A stretch of 64,000 nt of DNA, from assembly GCA_977018835.1 (NCBI GenBank), contig OZ361257.1:4960001-5024000 (forward strand), given 5' to 3'. How positions within the stretch are numbered: position 1 is the stretch's first letter; each line of letters begins with the position of its first letter. Under the pieces are notes generated by a model. It made no database searches and had not been told where the DNA came from. It worked only from the letters and a program-made list of their open reading frames with translations. The translations under genes were made by a program, and so were the position numbers. This DNA comes from Minutocellus sp. GHC0000111. Its lineage: Eukaryota. Of this stretch, positions 9,748-20,783 are shown piece after piece.

Positions 9748-11915
9748 TCATTTATTTGCCCCGAATCTCAAAATCAGATCTTCTGTGGATGGATTGCCGC
9801 CATTTACATACGCCGCAGATAAATTAACGTGCGCATTTTCGGTGTCAGGGAAAATCTCTGCATTTTTAGCCCAAAGAAGCATGGAATTTCTCCAGGGAAG
9901 GAGGGTTTGGGGCGTTAGGTTGCTCGCAAACCAACCTGATGTCCCTGTCATACTAACACAGGACAGAACTAGACACGGCTTAGCGCTTCGCCTCGCCGCA
10001 GCGTTTGGATTCGTGATATATAAAGCCCCTTCGGCGACTGCGGACAGATCTCGCCTTACAGGCGTCCCCGAGTCTACCGCTATTTCCAATGGAATCGCAC
10101 CATCGAGAACAAGGACAGGTAGCAACCCAAATGAATTGAATGCCGAGTAAAGAGACCCGGACAATGCTGCGCGAAGAGAGGACCAAAAATCAACAAGGGC
10201 AGGTACGCATAACGATCCGCTGCGAGAAATAGCCGCCCATGCTGAATCAGGCCCAAGCTTGGGAGTAGAATGGCGACAAAGCACCCATACGAACAAGCCA
10301 CAACTCTTCCAGAGGCATTCGAAGTTGAATACGCCAATATCGTCAGTGTGACATAGGGCACTGCAATGAGAGCTACAGCCACTTCCCAGTGATCAATAAA
10401 GCTGAAACTCATCTTTTCGACTGCCGCAACCAGATGCGAGGGACATATGATTTTCGTTGCATACCAGCACAGTGCCCAGGCCGATTTCTGCACCTTTTCT
10501 AATGGCGTTTGAACGTCAAGCAGATGCTTAGTATTGCCTTTGACCACGAACACAGTCACGATGAATGACGTGAAGAGAAACGGGACCCATGATATGATCG
10601 CACGACAAGTGAGATTCCACAGCTTTGGAAATGCAACTTTTCTGAAATCGCCAAGAACTCGATTTGGAAACAACAGTCTCATGCCTCGGCTCTGCTTATC
10701 GAGCGCGCCAACGCCCGCAATCTTCTTTCCCTTTCCATTTGCATCGGGCTGTGTAGGCATCGGTCTTGACAAAAGAGGATAGCTGTAGATGAAAACATCA
10801 ACAATAATAAATACCAACGGGAGGGTAACCGCTGGACTCTTGCAAAATGTGGCACATATATAACAAAACAGTGAAATCAATTTCGGCAGCGTCCAGTACA
10901 TAATCTCACTTCGATCCTCCAGCGGAATCTGTGGCACTGATCGACCCGCAGATCGTTTTTTCTTTCCCGCAATGCTTTGCGAGTCCGTAATGCTCCCAAA
11001 CACGTAAGGTCCACGCACTTCGCCAGGTCGTCCCCCGGACCGAAGATGTCTTCGCCACTTTCGCATAATGTCACGATGAGCGACATAACCCCAGAACGAT
11101 ATGAGAGCAAAGGTACAACTCAGAATGTAGGACAGACAGGATATCCAACCAATGGTCTGAGCCTGAAGGGGATGGACGGCAAAGAAGGTCAAGGTTCCAA
11201 GGAACAGACCCATGGTGGTTGTAGCTTCGTGCCGATAAAGATACAACAGTGCCCCCTTGGCCGCCCCGAAATCCATTGCACTAGATGAACGTTGTCCATT
11301 TTGAGCCCTTTTGCCATTGTCCTTCTTCCCTCGTTGGGTCAATTGCGAGTCATTCGTCTTTCCCTTCCCGGTCGATTGACCCCCGCCGTTCGTTTTCATT
11401 TTGCCCTCTTCCTTCACTTGATTCAGTTGTTGGGCAATGTAGTCGTAATGATTCACCGACCGAACAAACATTAGACCAACCCAAAACGCCAGCACCACAT
11501 TGAATGTGTGCCAGCATGCCGACAGCATCCGATACAATCGTGGTCCTGATGTCGCCGTTGTCATTATTGCCCCATCATCACCAGCACCACCGCCACTAAC
11601 CCGAGCGGCGGAAAAGTCCAGCACGTTATGTATGATCATCTTGACCATTAGGCTGACGGGTTCCCACACGCCCAGTATCTGCCCATCGGCACTCCACGCC
11701 CATCGAATGTTGGCGATGGTGAACGCCGGTCGTTTCATGTGTGCATTGTTGTAAAAGTTCTTGGCGTCGTCCCATAAGTAATCCCAATCGCCGTGCGTGG
11801 ACAGGTACGTGTCGGTGACGAGGAAGACATGCCGGAAGGCGTACAGAGTTGTGACGATGAGGATGGCCGAGAGGCCAAGCGGGAGAATTAAGCGGATGAT
11901 CAAGGAAGTGTTCAT
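9748..11915 (-). pseudogene. TMTC-like protein O-mannosyltransferase (GT-C), frameshifted
   Basis: WDDAKNF, FAVHPLQAQTIGWIS, ATFCKSPAVTLP and AADRYAYLP motifs. The downstream TMTC motif WRNSMLLW...P...AHVNLSAAY lies in a different frame (ORF 9748-10296), implying a frameshift at ~10170. Confidence 0.7.
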
Positions 11916-12094
11916 CTTTGCTGGTAGTGTTGTAAAATAAGTAATGGAAAAAATGTCCAGGTTCAAATTGCGAGCCGAGGGAGCCGAGGAACAATCAGAT
12001 GCGCCTTGCGATTGCCACAATATTTCGTCCTATCAGCTCTACCGAAAGCGCCTAACGGGGAGCAACCTAAAAGAAGAAAGGTCTCAGAGGTGGC

Positions 12095-13210
12095 GTGTTG
12101 CAAGACAAGAGAGGAAGCTGCTCTGCCTCCCGAGGAACGCTGGAACGCTCGCTCTGCGCCTCTCGACCAGAGAGAAGTTGTGAAGTTACCGTGCGTGAGG
12201 TGTTTCTGGGGGAAATTAGAATTCCCCATTTTCTGAAGCCTGCAACAAGCCCCCTCATTCTGAACAAACTTGCTTGCAAACCGGATAAGGCTCTGCCGGG
12301 CATTGATTCGCTGCAGCCGATTGTGAAGATTCTGACAGAGAATGATTGCATCGGTGTCAAGGAATTGGGCGTTCTTGAGCAGACGTGCAAGACCGCCCGA
12401 ATCACCATCTGCAGCGAGGAGGTCTGGGAGGCCCTCTGCCTGCGCAGGTGGCCCAATACTATACATTTCAATCGCAAGACTATGGGGCGTTTAGGTGGTT
12501 ATCGCGGCTTGTATAAGCGGCGAATTTCCAAGCCGCCCCTCCGCGAAAAATCGCCCCCCGAAGAGCAACTCCCGCCCCCAACCTTGAAAAAAAAGGACCT
12601 GGTCTTTTTCGTCGACATTTGGGCCAATGGCAAACCTGTAATCTCAACTGCGCTGCCCGGTGATCACATAGGTATCGGAAAGGAAGACTCCACTATTGAG
12701 CGAAAGGGGGGCGTCGGTCTCATTGATCAAAAAACCGTTGGCAACATTGAATACGAGCTCGGCACAATGAACGAGATTCAAAACGCTGATGAATTCGTCT
12801 CCGATCAGTTCACCGTTGAAGTTCAAATGGTCACGCCATCGCGGACATGTGCCGTTGTTACGCCAAATGTCCACTTCTGGTTCGACCGACGCGGTGTGAT
12901 GAGAGACTGCGAAAACAACGAGTCTAGTGTTTTGCCCATATACGATGGGAACGTTCGTGACATCTCCACATGCCGACTCCGATCGACCTTGCTAGGATCA
13001 GCAATCAAGCAGCGCCTTGGGGGTGAAGTCTCCTTACTTGTCTATCCGATCGCCCGTCTTATTGACAAGCGCAGAAAACTAGTTGTAGATTCATTGGAGT
13101 TTGTTCTTTATGTTGGCGAAGCGAAGTTCGACAAACAGGTCCGGGATGAGACCGGAGTTAGCTCGTTGCACGTGTTGGAAAATCTCGAGGGCAGTCCTAT
13201 TTCTTCCTGA
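12095..13210 (+). CDS. F-box-like protein (5' end uncertain)
   Basis: F-box-like segment LQPIVKIL...VKELGVLEQTCK...SEEVWEALCLRRWP. No convincing ATG start identified. Confidence 0.6.
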   Translation: MLQDKRGSCSASRGTLERSLCASRPERSCEVTVREVFLGEIRIPHFLKPATSPLILNKLACKPDKALPGIDSLQPIVKILTENDCIGVKELGVLEQTCKTARITICSEEVWEALCLRRWPNTIHFNRKTMGRLGGYRGLYKRRISKPPLREKSPPEEQLPPPTLKKKDLVFFVDIWANGKPVISTALPGDHIGIGKEDSTIERKGGVGLIDQKTVGNIEYELGTMNEIQNADEFVSDQFTVEVQMVTPSRTCAVVTPNVHFWFDRRGVMRDCENNESSVLPIYDGNVRDISTCRLRSTLLGSAIKQRLGGEVSLLVYPIARLIDKRRKLVVDSLEFVLYVGEAKFDKQVRDETGVSSLHVLENLEGSPISS

Positions 13211-13348
13211 ATCTTTTCACAAACGCATAATTTGGCTGATCCTGATAATTGTGCCGCATATCGAAGTGCATTTTAAATCATTATCTATCTGGTCAAATTT
13301 ATATGGAAGTTGAAATGCATATTTTGGACACACCGCAATGTCATAAAC

Positions 13349-14392
13349 TCAAATCGCCTTGCTCTCCTCAAGCTGCTTGTACATATCACTCCTCGTCTTC
13401 TCCAACGGATAAAAGTCAATTCCCAGCTCGTTCTTGGCTTTTCTATTGTCGAGGTTCATCTTGTATCCCATATTCTTGGACACGAAATTACGAGTAAGTC
13501 CAATGTACGGTGCCAACGTTCAAAGCAGCAGCTTGGGAACGGGTGCCTCCTTCATACCAGGAATCAACCCCTTGGCCATCTCCACCATATTGGTGTTGCT
13601 TCCACTGGTAATGTGCCGACCGGCAGCCTCGGGGACGAATGCCGCGGCAATGTGAGCATCGGCAACGTCTCGTACATCCATGACGCCAAAGGGAAAGGCC
13701 GGTACTCCCGTGCTGCCACTACCGACCAGCTGCTTGGCAAACTGGAAGGATTCCGACGACGGATGGTACTGGAGACCAGGGCCCATCACAAACGAAGGAT
13801 TGATGACCACCAGCTTCCACTGGCATTGGCTGCCGGCCATGACCCAGGCCTTCTGCTCGGCCAAGGTCTTGGAGAGGCTGTACGGATTATCGGTCCGGCT
13901 CGAGTTGCGATTCCATACCTCCTCGGTCCAGACACCGTGAGGGATCTCGTCGAGATCACACGCGTGGTTGTAGATTGCGGCACAGGATGAAGTTAAAACA
14001 ACTCTCTTCACCGTTGGCGTTTTGCTCGCCGTCGTGAGCACGTTCTCGGTGCCCTTGACTGCCGGCTTGAGCAGATCCTCGTCGACGTCCTTCACGCTAA
14101 TGACGAATGGCGACGCAGTGTGGAAGATGACCGAGCACCCCTTGGCTGCCTCGTCAAAGCTACCCTCCTTGAGCAAATCACCGGCGAAGAACTTGATCGT
14201 GCCTTTGGACTCATCGGCCTTTTCTTGGAGGTATTGAATCCGATCTTTCTTCGACGGGTCACGAACGGTGGCGTGAACGGTGAGGCCACGGTCAAGGAGG
14301 CGCGAGATGAGCACACCTGCAACATATCCTGTGGCTCCGGTAACGCATACGGGACTTTTGGTATCGATGTCAAGGTCTTTCGTGCACGGCAT
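13349..14392 (-). pseudogene. NAD-dependent epimerase/dehydratase (DFR/CCR/aldehyde-reductase-like SDR) with one internal TGA
   Basis: VTGATGYVA, FHTASPF, VLTSSCAAI, YSLSK and DVRDVADAH motifs. After TGA at 13520-13522 the frame continues TLAPYIGLTRNFVSKNMGYKMNLDNRKAKNELGIDFYPLEKT...* to 13349. Confidence 0.8.
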
Positions 14393-14651
14393 GATTGGTT
14401 GGTTTATGGTGGAATTGTGAGGCTTACTTGCCTTGTACGAGTCAAGAAGTGGGAGAGAGGGCAGATGTGCCGAGCCAAAAGTGGAGTCAGTTCAGAAGGA
14501 AATCTTTCTCGGTGCGTTGTTCGGCGTGGTTTCCTAGGTTCGCAAAAGGGGGCATAAGTGATTGTGAGAGGAAAGTAGCGACGAACTATCTCAAACATAC
14601 CAGTACAGCCATCAGGCATGCCTGCCATTCCTTGCTTGCGCTGCTCCCGAG

Positions 14652-15086
14652 ATGGCTCCTTCCAACCAGAATTCACAGGCCGACAGTGCCAAGCCACCAG
14701 CTGAATCATATACTAGTAACAGCTCCGGGGATGACGCCGGCCAGCCCGTCATTTCACCTCGGCAGCAGCGCATCGACACCGCAACTGCCTACTTATGCAC
14801 CGCATCGGGCCCGTGCCGCTCCATCGGCGATGTGTACTTGGCATGCGTGGCAACGGCAGGGCTGGGCATGTGCAAGTCGTACCGGTATGCCTATCAGAAT
14901 TGTTCAAAGGAATGTTCCGAAACCATGGGAAGGGACATGCTCCAGGGGCTGGGCGAGCAGGTTTGTCGCCATGTCGACGGTACAAACGAGCACACCAAAG
15001 AAGACGACAAGGACAAGATGAGCTGTGCGGCAGGATGTGTGATGAGCCAGATGATGGCCGCGGCACAGCAGGGGCCAACGAGATGA
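14652..15086 (+). CDS. Small twin-CX9C (CHCH-like) protein
   Basis: C-RSIGDVYLA-C and C-KSYRYAYQN-C form two CX9C motifs in a 144-aa ORF. Confidence 0.6.
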   Translation: MAPSNQNSQADSAKPPAESYTSNSSGDDAGQPVISPRQQRIDTATAYLCTASGPCRSIGDVYLACVATAGLGMCKSYRYAYQNCSKECSETMGRDMLQGLGEQVCRHVDGTNEHTKEDDKDKMSCAAGCVMSQMMAAAQQGPTR

Positions 15087-15240
15087 TTGGTTGAGACATA
15101 ATGCCATTGCATCATTCGTTTGCCACCATGGTGGCTCATCAGTCGCTTCTCGTCAGTCATGGCCGAACTGAGGAATAAATGCAAAAACCTCTCCAAACTC
15201 CTCACTTCTACATCAAACCGTACCGCAACTATCCAATACG

Positions 15241-16905
15241 ATGAGCTCGGATGTCAATCAAAGTCTCTATAGAGCACATCGGCTAAGAGAGGAGGCCAAC
15301 GAAGCATTCAATCAGGATGACTTTTCCACCAGCCTCAAGCTGTATCAAGATGGTCTCGCTTCACTGAACCAGATAGATCTGGCGATTGCCAAGAGATCAA
15401 TTGTAAACCCTATCGGATCCCTTGGTGTTACTTTACACTCGAACCTCGCTGAAACCTATTTGAGGCTCGGTATGGGCTATATGGCAAGAAAACACTGCAA
15501 TCGTGCCCTTGCTTTCGACAAAAATGATCCTTGTGTTTCTATGCGACTTGGTCATGCTCAGCGAATGATCAAACACCATCGCAGTGTGGCTGACAAAGTC
15601 AAGGTCAAAATGAATAGCATGGAGGCCGCGAAAAAGGCAAAATCTTTCGATAAAATGATACCACTTGCTGCGGAGTTGAAACAAACGATAGATACCAACG
15701 GCATGGATGCGCATTTGACCGCCACGTGCTTGGTAACGGCAGCCGAGACCGAAATGATCCTCTCGAAAGCTCTTCTCAAGGAATCATCATCTGATACTAC
15801 CCGCAATGCCATCAAGGCCGTGGCTAAGATTCATTTCAGAGAGTGCGGTAAAATGTACAACGAGGTTTCGGAACTTTGTGCGCCCTACTGTTTAGAATCT
15901 GGGTCTTTCGGATTTGATGGGGCAGATGTGTCGTCCATGGCAATCGAGTCACGATGGAGAGCGAATCTGTTTTGTGCCAAGGCAGGGTTGAAGCATGGGC
16001 TGGCCCTCATGATGATTGAGATGATCGATTCTTCTTCCAATCCATTGAAATATGCCTCCACTCTCAAGGACTTTTCTACCGATGGCCGGTCTGCCTTGTA
16101 TAATCGGCTGGCGGAGGCCCGGCAGTTCTTGTCGACCGGGCTCGAGGCCGTTCAACATCTTCATTGCAACGATAAGGTGCAGGATTTCCTAAAGGGTCGC
16201 AGGCTACTCCTTGAAGTGGAAATTCTACTCGAGCTAATATCGATTGACTGGATTGACTTTAAATATGGTGCCTCGAAAGAGCTCGCTGTTACCATTGACA
16301 GGGCGATCAAGTCATGTACATGCACCACGTCAGGGATAGATAAAGCAGCCATGGTTGACCTTTGCAACCTAGTCAAGCAGAAACACAAGACTCTGATCCA
16401 TCCAAATAGCCGAAATGCGTTTTCAATTTCGATGCGCCTTTTGTCTTCATGCCTTCATGCTGCTACGATCGCCGATGATACTGAAATGCAGATTGCCCTG
16501 TTGCGTGAACTTATCCAGACAAGAAGAATGCAATGGATCACGCAGTCTTCGCCTAAATATGCACCGATCTCAGAAGATGACAAAAAGGAAGACGAAAACA
16601 GCACAATCCTCCTAATGACAGCGTTACGAAAAACCGGCCGAGAGATTAGCGATGAATGTCCCATTTGCTACGAGCCTCTTATTGGCTCTGAGAGCGGAGG
16701 TGTTGTCAAACCTTTGAAATGTGGGCACTTTTTTCATCATCGCTGCTGCCAACAATACTATGATTGCAGTGGTAAGGTTCCCGAAAGTGACAAAGAGAAG
16801 GCTCGTGCTGGTAGACGCATTATCAAAGAATTACCTTGCCCCACATGCCGTGCTCTGCACAATATGAGAGTGCTCAAGGATGGGTCATTGTCCGAGGTCT
16901 ATTAG
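15241..16905 (+). CDS. TPR + RING-H2 putative E3 ubiquitin ligase
   Basis: N-terminal TPR-like helices (REEANEAF...LHSNLAETYLRLG). C-terminal CPIC...CGHFFHHRC...CPTCR. Confidence 0.85.
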   Translation: MSSDVNQSLYRAHRLREEANEAFNQDDFSTSLKLYQDGLASLNQIDLAIAKRSIVNPIGSLGVTLHSNLAETYLRLGMGYMARKHCNRALAFDKNDPCVSMRLGHAQRMIKHHRSVADKVKVKMNSMEAAKKAKSFDKMIPLAAELKQTIDTNGMDAHLTATCLVTAAETEMILSKALLKESSSDTTRNAIKAVAKIHFRECGKMYNEVSELCAPYCLESGSFGFDGADVSSMAIESRWRANLFCAKAGLKHGLALMMIEMIDSSSNPLKYASTLKDFSTDGRSALYNRLAEARQFLSTGLEAVQHLHCNDKVQDFLKGRRLLLEVEILLELISIDWIDFKYGASKELAVTIDRAIKSCTCTTSGIDKAAMVDLCNLVKQKHKTLIHPNSRNAFSISMRLLSSCLHAATIADDTEMQIALLRELIQTRRMQWITQSSPKYAPISEDDKKEDENSTILLMTALRKTGREISDECPICYEPLIGSESGGVVKPLKCGHFFHHRCCQQYYDCSGKVPESDKEKARAGRRIIKELPCPTCRALHNMRVLKDGSLSEVY

Positions 16906-17280
16906 ACTCTAGCTGGCTTGTTGCAAATATCAAAGGTAACCATCTAGAAATTTCTAGCATACAGTACATAAAAATCATCGGTAAGCCGGTAAAATGAAAG
17001 TTCATAGCCGTAGTTAGCTAGCTAATAGCACGACGTGATTTCTGATTGTAGCCGAAGCGTTAAACCTTGTGTTGGCTATGCCAAAAATGTAATCACAAAA
17101 AGTCAATAAAATTGTAGCGGGGGTTGAGATTGCAGCCAAGGCGTCGGTTGCCCAAAAGTTTATAAATTGCGGCGCATGTGTAGATGTAATTCTTGATGCC
17201 GCGTCATGTGTACTGGTATGGACAATATGCAGTGTACAGAGAACGGATAGTAGGGAAACAGAGATAAGGGCCGTGCCTGT

Positions 17281-18582
17281 CTAGTCCAAGGAGAAACCAA
17301 TCTCCTCCGAATCAAAGCACTCGGTCCGGGGAAGGTTGGCATCAGCTGCAGCCGCAGCCTTTTGGTAAAAAGCTTGACAGTGGACGGGATGGACGAGTTC
17401 CCCACTGACGGTGCAGACGAACATGCCATCGTCTTCGACGACATTGCGCCAGTCCCACTTCTCGGCTGAGAACTCGATGACGTTGCGGTTGGCATTGTCT
17501 CGAATTTCGGTCCGAGACGACCAAAGACGGGTGGCGATGCGGGAGGAGTATTCAGTTCTCATGGGTATCTGGACGACGGATACCGAGGGAGCAAATTTGA
17601 TGGACTTCTTCTTCTTTTTGTTGTTGGCATGTTTGGTAGATTTCGGCGGTGCCGAGTTACCATCGTTGCTGCCAGTAGAAGGGATGGAGGAGGCAGATGT
17701 GCTGCAGGTACTCGCCAAACTCAATCTGCGGATGGGGTTCAATAGTTTCAGCGCAGAAGACGACAACAATGTTGGTTCGTCCTCCCTGTACTTGAGAGGT
17801 TCGACGAGGGGCTGAATATCAGTTATCTGTGGTCGGCTGGCACCCTTGACGATGGTCCCCATGTCCCCGTTGGAGCTGTCGAAACAAACCGGTACGGCCG
17901 TTCGGGGCAAATTATCGGCCGAAGAACGGATACCACCGACGCCGAGGGATCGGAGCATGTTCATTTTGCGAACGGTTGCTGGATCACGCGGTACGTCAGC
18001 GATGCGATAGGAACAGCTGGGTATTTGCCCCAACGAGACAGACTCGTCGGACGTTCGTCGTATCGTTTCGGCGGAGGAAGACGTGCAAGAGGAGGTCGAG
18101 CAGTCGGATGGACGGCGCTGACGTGAAGCAGAATGCGAGGAAGACGAACGCGAGGCATACGTTGCTGCCCTTTGAAGTGACCGTTCGATGCCACTTGGAA
18201 TGGGACTTTTGCCGGAGCTTTCGTCTTGTTGGCTTTCTGAAATTTTGCTGGGCCTATTATCGCTGACACCGCCGGTTCGGGTCGTCAATGTCGCTGGTAC
18301 CGCAGGAATTTTGCCGTAAATTCCAAGTCTGTTGAGCAGCCTCGATCGATGCTCTTGGACATCCTTGGCCGGAGGAGAGGCACATATTCGTATAGTAGTA
18401 AGATTATCGACCTTGCGAACGGCGCTCTTGAGATGTCTGGCGGCGCTTCCGGAGCTTCTGGTAGAGGAGGTGCTCGAACGACGGGCCGCACGGAGCGGAT
18501 CGCCCCCGACTCCGCCGTTGGGCATGGACGACATGTCCATGTGATGGTGCTTGCGATACATGATGCTTGGCATGTATCTCAA
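17281..18582 (-). CDS. Hypothetical protein, Ser-rich with conserved-looking C-terminal domain of a diatom-type family
   Basis: 433-aa ORF. C-terminal IKFAPSVSVVQIPMRTEYSSRI...LW...RNVIEFSAEKWDWRNV...SGELVHPVH. Confidence 0.7.
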   Translation of the reverse strand: MRYMPSIMYRKHHHMDMSSMPNGGVGGDPLRAARRSSTSSTRSSGSAARHLKSAVRKVDNLTTIRICASPPAKDVQEHRSRLLNRLGIYGKIPAVPATLTTRTGGVSDNRPSKISESQQDESSGKSPIPSGIERSLQRAATYASRSSSSHSASRQRRPSDCSTSSCTSSSAETIRRTSDESVSLGQIPSCSYRIADVPRDPATVRKMNMLRSLGVGGIRSSADNLPRTAVPVCFDSSNGDMGTIVKGASRPQITDIQPLVEPLKYREDEPTLLSSSALKLLNPIRRLSLASTCSTSASSIPSTGSNDGNSAPPKSTKHANNKKKKKSIKFAPSVSVVQIPMRTEYSSRIATRLWSSRTEIRDNANRNVIEFSAEKWDWRNVVEDDGMFVCTVSGELVHPVHCQAFYQKAAAAADANLPRTECFDSEEIGFSLD

Positions 18583-19119
18583 GCGATCAGGGCAAGGTTT
18601 TGCATTTGCTCTTCGCCCTTATCGTTGTGTTGCGTAAGGAGTGAGCTTCCATAACCCTACGTGTAACAGCGTGGCCGCAGGCGAGGAAAGTCAAGACACA
18701 CTTGCCTTTCCAGATCTAGAGATGCGGGGCCTTCACCTCCGGACTTTTTCATGGCTGCCGGCAATTGGGCCTGTCGCACGAAAAGTCGCAAACGTCAGTG
18801 CGTCTCCTTGCGGCGGCGGAGAGCGGAGGTTTCTGAAGTGTGATGCCTATCTGTTCCCGCACCATCATCATACTGACTTACTCCTCTCTATTTCGTGTTG
18901 ACGCTAAAATAGAAGTAAATGTTCAATTCGAGAGTGATGTCGGTCTTTCCGTTCTTCACGCATTCGTCAGCGCATGTCAAAATTTAGCAGAGAGAATTCA
19001 AAGTTCAAAGCCCGGGGAGCGAGCTAAGTTCAAACGCCCCGGCAAGCAAGCCAATAGCTTTGAAACGAAACAAAGATACAAGTTGTGGATTGTTCCTGCC
19101 TACCTCCTTTCAATTCAAC

Positions 19120-19994
19120 ATGCGCCTCATCAGCATCGCTCTCCTTCTCGGCCTTGGCCTCGGCCATTCCAATGCCTTTGCGCCGACGCGATCCTCGACT
19201 GCAAGTCGCTCCATCATCTCCAACAGCCAACTCTTTGCCGAGGAAGGTGATGGTGATGACATTCTCAAGCCCAAGTACGAAATTGAGCCGCTGCCACTTC
19301 GGGTCGGTCATGGGTTCGACATCCATCGAATGGCGCCGCTCGAGGAGGCTGGTCAGCCGGTGGTCATCGGAGGCGTTACCATCCCCCACAAGGACCAAAA
19401 GGTGAGTTTGGTTGAGCGGAAGCACCGATGGATGTGCCTTGATTTCGATATGTAAGTGACAATCACTATAATCTTTTCCTTGATTCTAACTTATCATTTT
19501 AACTGTATATGGGCCAATGATGCAATGACTCTCATCAATGCCAGTGGACCGACGCGGAGGGCAAATACGTGGAAAAGGGCGGCATTTACGAAACTCAGTT
19601 GGGAGTGGTGGCACATTCAGACGGCGATGTGATATATCACTCCATCGTCGATGGGATCTTTGGTGCATTGACACTGCCCGATATCGGCCAGGTTTTCCAG
19701 GATTCTGATCCCCGATGGAAGGGTTGCGATTCGTCCAAATTTATGGAACACGCCTACGAGGTGATGACCGACTATGGGTATCAGATCGGCAACATTGACG
19801 TGACGTTGATTTTGGAGCGGCCCAAGGTGGCCAACTTCAAGCCGGGGATGAAAGACAATATCGTCAAGCTGCTCAAGACCACGCCGGGACGGGTCAACAT
19901 CAAGGCCCGAACGCACGAGAGGGTGGACAGCGTTGGTGAGCTTCGCAGTTTGAGCTGTCACGTCGTCTTGACGTTGGAACGAATCGAGAAATAG
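19120..19994 (+). CDS. ispF: 2-C-methyl-D-erythritol 2,4-cyclodiphosphate synthase, plastid-targeted; intron 19402-19544
   Basis: RVGHGFDIHR, AHSDGDV, LPDIGQVF, GNIDVTLILERPK and VNIKART motifs. Signal peptide + SNAFAP. AAG|gtgagt...ccag|TGG splice restores the frame. Confidence 0.95.
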
Positions 19995-20120
19995 ACACCG
20001 ATAAATATTTGATAAATCCATAGAACGTGGATAGATCCACTAACAAAAGATAACTGCATGTAAATGAAGCTACGCGCGGCATTCCACGTGGTACGATATG
20101 CTTTTATCCTTCAACAGCTC

Positions 20121-20639
20121 CTAATTTGAAGACATATCTGCATTGACCCGTTCCATCAGTTTTGGTTCCTCAGTTTGCATTCTTTCCATGATAGCCCCTA
20201 GCTTCTGTGTTCGCTGGGCACCTTCCAACCCGTCCAGTTCTTCCTCGATCTCAATCCATCTACTTGCATACTTGCTCTTCATTGCCCTTTCAAAGTCACC
20301 CAACACCTTTTCAATGGCAGAATCCATCTGACCGAGGAGAGCATTCGCCGCCACAAGAAGTAGCACGACGACGCCAAAGATGCCCAGCTCCAACTTGATT
20401 GTGGGATCGAGGAATTGGATGTCATCCTTGAATGCCTCCTCGATGCCAATATCATCTGCGGCAGATATGAGGAAGCCTCCAATATGTGCAAACGCTGATG
20501 ACGAGGATGGCATCGGCAGGGCACGCAGCTCCGTGCTTCTGCTGCTGCATGTGAGGCTTGCTGGTGCGACGAATGCCGATGCGGTAGAGACGATGGCGGC
20601 AATGGTGGCCATCAACAAGAGGTGATTATATCGAGCCAT
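20121..20639 (-). CDS. Plastid-targeted small membrane protein of unknown function
   Basis: Signal peptide + TASAFVAP motif; one TM helix (LGIFGVVVLLLVAANALL); coiled C-terminus. Confidence 0.7.
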   Translation of the reverse strand: MARYNHLLLMATIAAIVSTASAFVAPASLTCSSRSTELRALPMPSSSSAFAHIGGFLISAADDIGIEEAFKDDIQFLDPTIKLELGIFGVVVLLLVAANALLGQMDSAIEKVLGDFERAMKSKYASRWIEIEEELDGLEGAQRTQKLGAIMERMQTEEPKLMERVNADMSSN

Positions 20640-20783
20640 GCTACAATATTGATTCGATGGCGCTTTGCGGACTGGAGCTTGAGAGCTGATTGAGAGCAAA
20701 TGTTTTGAGTTCAACCTCCATGCAGACACGGGCGGGAGGCGGGAGCTTCCCCAACTCATGGCTTAGGGGGGCGACCTCATTAT

